Below, piece by piece: positions 54,501-64,000 of a stretch of 64,000 nt of DNA. The stretch lies in NCBI RefSeq assembly GCF_009914755.1, contig NC_060935.1. One strand, 5' to 3'. The notes under the pieces were generated by a model, which was not told the origin of the DNA, did not search any database, and worked only from the letters and a program-made list of their open reading frames with translations. Position numbers and translations under genes: made by a program. Within the stretch, counting starts at the first letter, position 1; each line of letters opens with the position of its first letter. This DNA is from the human T2T-CHM13v2.0 reference genome, Homo sapiens.

Positions 54501-54840
54501 AATACTCAAAGAAACTGAGAATAACAGGTGTTAACTAGAATACAAAAATTAATAATCCTCATCTAATACTAGTGGGGATGTAAAATGGTATAGCCACTAT
54601 GGAAAACAGAAGTATATCAAAGAGAAATAAAAATAGTTGTTAAAAAAAATAAAGAAAAATATAACTAGTGCATTGGTATTAGTTCATTCATTGCAATATT
54701 GTTAGTAGTAGCTTACACTGAAAACACTCCAAAAGCCCATCAACTGATGTACTGATAAACAAAATGTAGTATACACATATCAAAATATTATTGATCATAA
54801 AAAAGAATAAATTTCTTATTTGCTACAACATAGATGAACC
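51530..54840 (+). mobile_element. Old L1M (M4/MB/MC-like): 5' region relic and degenerate ORF2
   Basis: 'gatcaaagaagaaatcacaagggaaatt', 'caatgaaaccaaaagttgg', 'agacatcccatgctcatggatt' and 'gctacaacatagatgaacc'. Confidence 0.85.
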
Positions 54841-55491
54841 AAATTTCTGAAACAGACACTTCATAGGGTCATAAGCATATAAACGTACTCAAAATTGTCT
54901 TCAGCCTAAGTAAGTCATCACATTATTCTGAACAATGTAAATTTTGCCATATTTGTTCTGTTTTGTTCTTTTCATTATACACTCAGAGGCAATCATATGT
55001 TTCTAATAATGTTTCTTAGATCTTGGGGCAATTTTGTGGCCAACAAATATATACCTGTATCTCTCTTTTCTTTTCCTTTTTTTTTTTTCTCTTTCACTAA
55101 ACTTCACCTTTTAAAAGTTGTTAACATCATTTACAAAAAATAAATAGTTTACTCTTTTAGGGTGTATTTGCTCTAACAGTATAACCTCTTAGGGCATACT
55201 TAACTTTGTAATTCACTTAATATCTTTACTTATAAAAATATATAAACACAGATAACATATGGTGACAGTTACTACAAATACATTCAAGACAGATACTATT
55301 CAAAGCTTTCAATTTTTGTGTCGAGGGCGTGGGGCTGTAGAGACAGGCCATAAATTACCGTAATTCACCAAATGAGGTTAATGGACCCATCATGTGGCAT
55401 GTGAGACACTCTGTGAGTGAAAATACCCATTATATTTGTTTCTTAAACATGTTATTTTCTTCCTTTCCTTTCTTAAATGCTTTACTTTAAA

Positions 55492-55702
55492 CAAATCTTG
55501 TCCAACCCGTGCCCCATGGGCCGCAAGTGCCCCAGAATGGCTTTAAATGTAGCCCAACACAAATTTGTAAACTTTCTTAAAACATTGTGTTTTTTTTGTG
55601 ATTTTTTTAGCTCATCAGCTATCGTTAGTGTATTTTAGGTGTGGTCCAAGACAATTCCTCTTCCAATGTGGCCCAGGGAAGCCAAAAGATTGGATACCCC
55701 TG
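55492..55702 (-). mobile_element. MER30 (hAT-Charlie)
   Basis: 'ttgtccaaccc...cccaacacaaatttgtaaactttcttaaaacatt...ccaatgtggcccagggaagccaaaagattggatacccctg'. Confidence 0.9.
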
Positions 55703-56199
55703 CAAACTATTAGAATAGCTGGTATAAGACATGAAATAATGGTCCAGGTACCCTGATTCTTATATTAAATTATTTTAATTGTATAATGATTAATTAAATT
55801 GTTATTTATTTCTTCTCATACTAAGAATACCATATCATACTTTTTGGTGATGAGATTGAGCAGTTAGTTGTATTATAGAAAAATCCACATAATAATATTT
55901 GATCGAATACACCTTAGATTTAATTAAATATTTGTACATGGAAATAGCTCAGTTTTTTTCACCAAAAATTAGTTTGGAAAGAAAACATGCTCTATTAAAA
56001 AGTAATTCAGTTGTGTGACTCATAAAATATTTTAAGATACACAAAGAAGAATTGGTTAAATATTCTCAAAACTCCTTTACAGTTGACTAAAGAAGACAAA
56101 ATATTCTTATGAGAAATTTTGCTACCAGTTTCTAATAACATTAACACTCACTGCATCATGAGCCTAAAATTCATGATTCTGCCTATAAACTAGAGCCAA

Positions 56200-56900
56200 T
56201 ACTTTGCTTATCTTCTTTTATTTTTCTGTGTAAACACTGTCCTGATTTCCTTCATATATTTAATCAATGCTTAAGCACTCCAGGTTTCTGTAGCACTTTT
56301 CATACAACTACATTAGCTTTTCTTATTGTGATAATTATTTAAATATGTGTCATCATTTTGTTGCCTGGCATAGTGCTTTCTACATAGCTTGCTAACACCC
56401 AATTGCATTTGGACAGAATCAATCGTATATTTGATGATTCTAAGAACACAGGATAGAAGAATCCTGAATTAAGGAGACAATATGGAATGGACTTTAAGGA
56501 AGCTACATGCAGGGTATAAGTGTAGTTTTAGTGCCTCATTTGTAGCTCCCCTCTTCTTCACTCTAAATTGTCCCATTCATGCACAAGATTTTGTTAATAA
56601 CCAGTCCCCCTGTCTCTTTTCTAGATACTAAAGTATTCTTTGTAATGCAGCCATAGCAGCCTTTTGAATTTCAAATCTTAGTAACTGACATTCCCACCCT
56701 CATTTGAAAATCTTTAATAGCTTCCATTTGGCTCTTCATGAAGATAAAGATAGTAATAATTATTGTAATAGTCTCGCATAATCTATCTCTTAAGCTACAT
56801 TTAATTTCACTCCCTATCCCCTGCCTTGTCAACACTTTCTATCCTGTTGCCATACTATGTCTTTTATCATGTAAGTCTTTGTAATTTTCCTTGATACAAT
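56200..56900 (+). mobile_element. L2 fragments
   Basis: 'cctggcatagtgc...acatag' (L2 3' end) and 'aaaatctttaatagcttccatt'. Confidence 0.45.
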
Positions 56901-57896
56901 GTATCACAGTTGATATTTTTAAAAAGGATAGGAATTTAGTTTAAAAAATCTTCTTTTGGATAGGAGATTACAATTGTACGTATGGTGATATGCATGCAAT
57001 TTGTATCTTCCAGAAAGAAATAAATTACACAATGTTTTTAAGGAAAATATTTTAGGAAATTCAAAATGGATTAAAATGACCAACATAACTCTAAAATATT
57101 ATGCCTTTGACTGAAACTCAGTTTGAAGCTTAAAGAAAAACTCTAGTGTTTTCTTACTTTCTTCCCAATCTGCTCAACACCATGCCATGATGTGAACCAG
57201 ATATTATAATGCAAAAGCTGAAAAAGGTTCTTTTCTCTCCTCTCCTCCTGGAAGCAATGACTCCCTCTCCCTGACCCTTCCCACCAAGTGCACCTCACTT
57301 TTAAGCTGCTCAGAAACCCACTGCTTTTTTCTTAATTAAATTATTCTTCAACCGTAACATTTTTGAGGAACACATGAGGTCTCTATGTGAGTCACAGGAG
57401 GGCTTTTAATTGGCTTTCAAGAATGCCGATAAACAGCCTTTAATGTATTTTAAATACCAAGGGAGAATGCTAAAGAGTTTTAGTAAGAGCTTTGAATTTA
57501 GAGTCAGACTTGAATTTCTTACTGAATGAAATCACTCATAAGCGTCATGTTACAAATAAAGTACCCACATGATCTAGATATAAAACACTGCCTTTTCTTT
57601 CCAGATGTAGTTGGGCAATTCTTAAGTAATGCTATGAAAGCAAAACCTAGCATAGACAGTAAGTGATTAATTTATGTTTGAATAAATATAACATAGACAT
57701 TCTTACTTCCATTTTTCTTGCACTTTTTCCATTCATGGACAACTGATGTTTTACTTGATTTTAACATTTCAAACATATTAGATTCACAAGGAGGATGCTA
57801 CTGTTTCCCCCCAGGCACAAATGTCCTTAAAAATGGCACTGCTAATGCTCCCAACAGACAGAAATCCTTTTCAGATTTTAAATGACACAATGTCCT

Positions 57897-58272
57897 TGTA
57901 TTAGTCCGTTCTCATGCTACTATAAAGAACTTCCAAGACTGGGTGATTTATAAAGAAGAGAGGTTTAATTGATTCACAGTTCCACATGGCTTTGGAGGCC
58001 TCAGGAAACTTACAATCATGGTGGAAGGAGAAGCAAACACATCCTTCTTCATATGATGGCAGGAAGGAGAAGTGCCAAGAAAAGAAGGAAAAAACCCTTA
58101 CAAAATCATTAGATCTTGTGAGAACTTGCTCACTATCATGAAAACAGCAGCATGGGGGTAGCTTCCCCCATGATTCAATTGCCTCCCACCAGGTCCCTCC
58201 CACGACACATGGGAATTATGGGAACTACAATACAACATAAGATTTGGGTTGGGACATAGCCAAACCACATCA
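57897..58272 (-). mobile_element. THE1C-like solo LTR
   Basis: 'tgtattagtccgttctcatgc...gcaaacacatccttcttca...ccaaaccacatca'. TSD gtcct/gttct. Confidence 0.92.
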
Positions 58273-58338
58273 GTTCTTATTGTTCCTTTCCCCCGATCCC
58301 AGGAGTAAAACTTATTCTTAGATGTTTTGTATACTGCA

Positions 58339-58342
<4 letters not shown>

Positions 58343-58380
<38 letters not shown>
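58343..58380. repeat. Pure (TG)n microsatellite
   Basis: Direct read. Confidence 0.97.
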
Positions 58381-58383
<3 letters not shown>

Positions 58384-58745
58384 CAACCAGCTTATTACAT
58401 TACTACTTTAGATGCGCTACTTGTACAACATGAATACTTGAGCAGTTCCCTCTAGTCTTAAAAGGGCTGATTTTTATAAACTCATTGTGGAGGCCTACAA
58501 GTCAATGTCCCTGCTGCTTACTTATCAGAAAACTCCAACACCCTTTCCAGCTTTGGTGATTTTCACGTAAACTTCTCCCCATTCTCTAAACATGGCCTAT
58601 CTTTCCAGAACTTTATCAGACCTTCTTAAAACTAAATGTAGAAACCTCTGTCTTCATTCAGGTTGCAATTTTTATCCCCTGACTAGGAACATGACAACAA
58701 CTTGACAGGCAATGGGAGGGCTATAAAGATATTCTTTCTTTAGCC

Positions 58746-59047
58746 TAAGGATTGGCAAACTATGGCCTTTCAGCCAAATCTAATCTTCATGTTTTTGTAC
58801 AGCTATGAACTTAGATAATTTGTTCTTTTCAAATTATTTTAAATAATCAAAGAATATTTTGTAAAATGTAAAATTATATAAAATTCAAATTTCCACATCC
58901 AAAAATACATTAGAAAATAGTCATGCATAATTATTTACATATTGTCTGTAGTACAAAATATAAAGCTGAATAGTTACAACAAAGATTATATCCCTGTGAA
59001 ACTAAAATACTATCTGACCCTATAGAACAAAGGTTGCTGATACCTTC
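58746..59047. mobile_element. MER58B-like (hAT-Charlie)
   Basis: 'ttggcaaactatggcc...gccaaatc...aaaattatataaaattcaaattt...tttacatattgtct...actatctgaccctatagaa'. Confidence 0.75.
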
Positions 59048-60634
59048 TTTAAAAAATAAAATTGACTCTTACAGATAAAGGTGAAGATAACCTTAAGTGA
59101 TAAGGAGAAATACCATTTTATAGTGTTCCAGTATTAAAATTATCAAAAGAAAAACAAAGGGACTTTTGGTTTACGATACTTACAGCCAGGGTAACAGAGT
59201 GCTGAAAGATCAGGGACTCCAATGAGAAAAGATGCGACCAGAGGTACTATTAAGCAACAAGAGCAATATGCATGGTATTACTTAGGTAGCTACTGGACAA
59301 AATGTCTAAAGACCATTCAGATAGCAAATGTAGATACCTTTATCTTGTGTTTGGAAAAGCACCTTAATGGCTTGAATTTAAAAACAAATATGATATTGGA
59401 GGGAGAAAACATTAAATCTGTAGCATCAGAATATGCTCATTATTTGTCTTGACTTTGTAAGCATAGAATCAGTGTCAACCTGAGAAGTGGAAGATTTTTC
59501 ATAGGAAGAAAAAGCAAAAACTACGTTGCATTTACCTTTCTGTCATGTCTAGAGGGACAGATGAAATCTTATTTCATTTTAAAAATCAAAGGAAATTCTC
59601 AAAACATTCATTAAAGATCAAAAACAAAAATCATGTATGAATTATGTGTTACTATGGCTCAATATATCATCTTAATGAGAAAAGTGATAAATCCAGGCTA
59701 TCACTAGTTTTGTAGCACCTGGAAGCATCAGCATTGCACATGTTAAAATGTATTGTTTTGGATCTATCTAAGACCAGTAAGTAAAAGAAGAGTGGTATGA
59801 TGAAATTAACACTATCTTGATAACAGACAAGCTTGTAAAAACTCACTGAGCTTTGGAACATTGCATATTATAGATGGAGAGAGGGGGACAAATTGCTTCA
59901 ACTGCAAACAATGAAGAGTAAATTTTCGGCAGAAAATATAAGAACAGTAATAAAAGCCATAACAGTTAGACTGCTTTTTATTATCTCCAAGAACCAATAC
60001 ATCTTTAAAAAGTCATTGATAAAATACTTTTCCAAAAATATCTTTCCTGGTACTACATTTTAATCATTTGCTCTTGTTACGGTTAAAATTATATAGAGAT
60101 GTGCTTCAAATTAGCATATCTTATTACTATCCTCTAGTAAACATTTTATTCTAAATATAAGTTAATATAGGCAAGTTCCACTTATACCGACAACACCTAA
60201 CCCAATATCTGGACTCATGTACGTGAATTCACTTTACGAGTGAATTAGCTGGCTAGAGACAGTTTGTGACTCTAACCTCTGTAGCCTTATATACTTCTGC
60301 TTATATGTATATACATACAGTATACATGTGCATACATAAACAGTATGCATAACAATAGGTTACAGTGCAAAGTAAGTAATGTTAATGGTTGTAAAGACAA
60401 GAAATATAACTAGAATTATTCAATTTACTCAGTGTGACCACTTAGAAATTTGCTTTTAAAATTTGAACCAGAGAAACGTAGTGAGAACTACCCATGAGAT
60501 ATTATGAATTTGTAATCACTACGTACACATTTGAGCTTACATATTAAATGCTTTGGTGAATTTGAATATCTTTAAAATTAAAATTGTTTCTACTTTTTAT
60601 TTGTTTTTGGCAATTATGCTAAATGATATAAAGC

Positions 60635-63600
60635 ACTTCCAGGATGGCAAAGTGAGAGCCTTTTTAAACCCATTCCTCTATTAAAGTAACAAGAACACTG
60701 TCAAAAATTATCAAAATCAACTTTTACTATACTCTAGAAGTTATACAAAGGCTTGGTAAATTCTGAGAGGTGTTTACTAAAGAAAGATTGCATGGCCACT
60801 AAGTACAGATAACTTCATGGCCTTTTAACTTGACTTAGTCACATCTTCCTCTCCCCATCTCCATACAAACCTTGAAGAGAAGCAACCTCACAACCATAGT
60901 GGCTGTGAAAACCAGACTTGCAGCAATTGACAGGGAAGATTGGTTTGGAGTTCTTCAAAGATTTTTATCCACAGAGCATGACATGATTTCATCTTTCTTA
61001 TAACTGCTTAGAACATCCTCATTTATAGAATATTGCCATTATTTGACTTGACGCAAAGTTCCCTCCAATATCGGGAAAGCCCTATCTCCAGGAAGTTTGT
61101 TGAGAATAATCAGTGGAAGTTGTCTAATATTACTGCTTCCTGAAGCTGTAAAACCACTTGGAGCAACTAGATTCTGAAAAAAACAAAACTTAAGTAAAAT
61201 ATTTGGCAAATAAGATGTCTATATAAGAATTTAAAAAATTCTATAATACTCCTGAAGACATTGAAGGTGGTTCACATGCCCAGGAAAGATCTTAGAGGGG
61301 CCCAGTCTTCCAACTCTGGCTTAGCCTGAGGTCCTGAAAAGAAGTGTAGGGTAAGGCAGAGATGCATACTGCCTGATTGGTGAATGTGTCCCAACATACA
61401 TGGAGGTCTCAGCAAATAATTAAATAATTATCGATTCAAGATATTCAAGGATATCCCTCATTGATCATTAGCTACTGTTAACCCAACAACGTCGAGTTGT
61501 CAGTAGCTGCACACTACAAGAAATGCAAAGTTCAGGAATGTTAGGAAACAAAGACAAACAAAAAGGATAACAAACCAAGTCCTGCAGAGAGAGAGCAGAG
61601 AATCCTGCTTTCCAGAGTTTCTACATTATATTATCTAAATTGTTTTATTTTCAACCAAAAATTACAAGCCAAGTAAAGAAACAGGAAAAATTGGCCAATA
61701 TAGAAAAAAAGTAGTCAATAGAAAGCTGTCCCTCAGGTGGTCTAGATATTTGACTTACTAGACAAGAAGACTTTAAATCAGCTATTTTACACATTTTCAA
61801 ATCCCTAAGTAAACCATGTCTAAAAATTGAATAAAAGTATAGAAACAATGCCTAACTAGTAAATAGTATCAATAAAGGCATAGACATTATAAAATATAAC
61901 AAAATATAAATTTTGGAGTTGAAAAGAACAATACCTGAAATGAAAAAATTACTAAAGGATCTTAACAGCAAGAGTTGTACTGGCAAAAGACAGAATCAGT
62001 GAACTTAAATACAGGTCAATTGAGATTATCCAGTATTGTGTCCGGAATTGGTGGGTTCTTGGTCTTGCTGACTTCAAGAATGAAGCCGCAGACCTTCATG
62101 ATGAGTGTTACAGTTCTTAAAGATGGTATGTCCGGAGTTTGTTCCTTCAGATATTCAGATGTGTCTGGAGTTTCTTCCTTCTGGTGGGTTCGTGGTCTCT
62201 CTGGCTTCAGGAGTGAAGCTGCAGACCTTCGCGGTGAGTGTTACAGCTCTTAAAGGTAGCGCGTCTGGAGTTGTTCGTTCATTCCGGTGGGTTCGTGGTC
62301 TCGCTGGCTTCAGGAGTGAAGCTGCAGACCTTTACGGTGAGTGTTACAGCTCATAAAGGCAGTGCAGACCCAAAGAGTGAGCAGCAGCAAGATTTATTGC
62401 AAAGAGCGAGAGAACAAAGATTCCACAGTGTGGAAGGGGGCCCCAGCGGGTTGCCTCTGTTGGCTCAGGCATCATGCTTTTAGTCCCTTATCCGACCCTA
62501 CCTACATCCTGCTGATTGGCCCATTTTACAGAGAGCTGATTGGTCCGTTTTACAGAGAACTGATTGGTCCATTTTGACAGGGTGCTGATTGGTGCATTTA
62601 CAATCCCTGAGCTAGACAAAGAGTGCTAATTGGTGCATATACAATCCTCTGGCTAGACCTAAAAGTTCTCCAAGTCCCCAGGGGACTCAGGACCCCAGCT
62701 GGCTTCCCTAGTGGATCCCTCACGTGCTGCGTGCCTGCACTCCTCAGCCCTTGGGTGATCGATGGGACTAGGCACCTCGGAACATGGGCAGCGCCTGTCG
62801 TCAGGGGAGGCTCGGGCAGCGTGGGAGACCACAGGAGGGGGGACGCGTGGGGGAGGGGGCGTGGGGGGGAGGGGCACGGGGTGGTCGGGGAGGCTCGGTA
62901 TGGCGGGCTGCAGGTCCCAAGCCCTGCCCAGCAGGGAGGCGACTGAGGCCCGGGGATAATTCAAGCTCGGTGCGGGCAGGCTGGCAGTGCTGGGGGACCC
63001 AGCTGCACCCTCCGCAGCTGCTGGCCTGGTTGCTAAGCCCCTCACTGCCCTGGGCCTGCGGCTCTGGCCAGCCACTCCCAGTGCAGGGCGCTCTGAGTCC
63101 ACGCCCACCCGGAACTCGCACTGGCCTGTGAGCGCCTGCGAGTGCCGCACGCAGCCCCAGTCCCTGCCTGCGCCTCTCCCTCCACACCTCCCCGCAAGCA
63201 GAGGGAGCCGGCCTATGAGGCACCGCGAGCGAGGACTGCCAGCACGCTGTCACCTCTCAGTATGAAAAACAAAAGGAAGAAAAACAATGAGGAAAATTGA
63301 ACAGGTCCTTAGAGACCTGAGGGACATCATCAAGTGTACCAACATCTATAGGACTGAAGTTCTGGAAGGAAGAGAGAGAGAGAGAGCCAGTGCAAAATTA
63401 TTATTTGAAGATATAATGGCCTAAAACATTCCACATTTGATTTTAAAAATTAATGCGCCCTTCCAAGTTGCTCAATAAACTCTACATGGAATAAACCCAA
63501 AGACATGATACCAGATACATCACAATCAAACTACTAAAAGAAAAAGACAATAAAACATCATGAAAAGTACAAGAGAAATATGATTTATTACATAAAGGTA

Positions 63601-63750
63601 TCCTCAAAAAGATTAATAGCTGATATTTCATTAGAAATCAAGAAGACTTTAAGTCACTGAAATGACATAGTCAAAGCATTGAAAGAAAAAGACTGTTAAC
63701 CTAGAGTTTGACATTCAGCAAAACTATCTTTTAAAAGTGAAGAAACTTCA
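60635..63750 (+). mobile_element. Old L1M 5' UTR and ORF1, split by LTR12
   Basis: 5' start 'cttccaggatggc'. ORF1 'aagactttaaatcagctatt' and 'gaatcagtgaactt...gagattatccagtat', resuming 'gagacctgagggacatcatcaagtgtaccaacat'. Confidence 0.8.
62037..63259 (-). mobile_element. Solo LTR12 (ERV9) inserted in L1M ORF1
   Basis: Ends 'tgtgtccggaattggtggg' and 'ctgccagcacgctgtcacctctca'. Perfect 4-bp TSD gtat/gtat. Confidence 0.96.
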
Positions 63751-64000
63751 GTCTACCAAGATATAATAATACCATTTCTCCCAGGTTTTTCTCTTTACAA
63801 TTAAAAATGCCCTGGACATAACACAGTAAATAAACATTAAATGTCAGAAGTCTGCCTAAGTACCTAATTATTACCTGAGTACTCACTGCAAGAAACAAAA
63901 TTACAGTGAGTTTCCTGTTTTGTTTATTTCTTCCCATACATCCTTGAGAGGGCGCTGCAGAAGACACCAACACAAGTGGTAACAGGAATTGGGAAATAAA

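Noticed and set aside
59176-59310. Minus-strand splice donor (CT|GTAAGTAT) suggesting a coding exon
   Set aside because: All three frames upstream contain stops within about 120 nt and the acceptor is unconvincing. A non-coding exon cannot be excluded.
44288-63259. Single ERV9 provirus bounded by the two LTR12s
   Set aside because: Each LTR has its own TSD, and the interval contains L1, Alu and MaLR rather than gag/pol/env.

Overview
This window is AT-rich primate (most likely human) genomic DNA, intergenic or deep intronic, and dominated by transposable elements. It holds LINE-1 copies of several ages (L1PA, L1MA, older L1M), eight Alus (AluY and AluS), MaLR elements (THE1, MST, MLT1, and one two-LTR MSTA element), two solo LTR12/ERV9 LTRs, MER52, MLT2, hAT DNA-transposon relics (MER1B, MER30, MER58), MIR/L2 relics and microsatellites. 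I found no credible host protein-coding exon, RNA gene or CRISPR-like array, and the listed ORFs are repeat-derived or chance. I cannot support a new biological system here. The best leads are nested insertions, possible mini 3' transductions, local duplications and templated insertions, two co-oriented LTR12 promoters, and two non-repeat islands sharing a TALE/E-box-like motif. Subfamily calls are from recalled consensus features rather than alignments, and boundaries of old elements are approximate.
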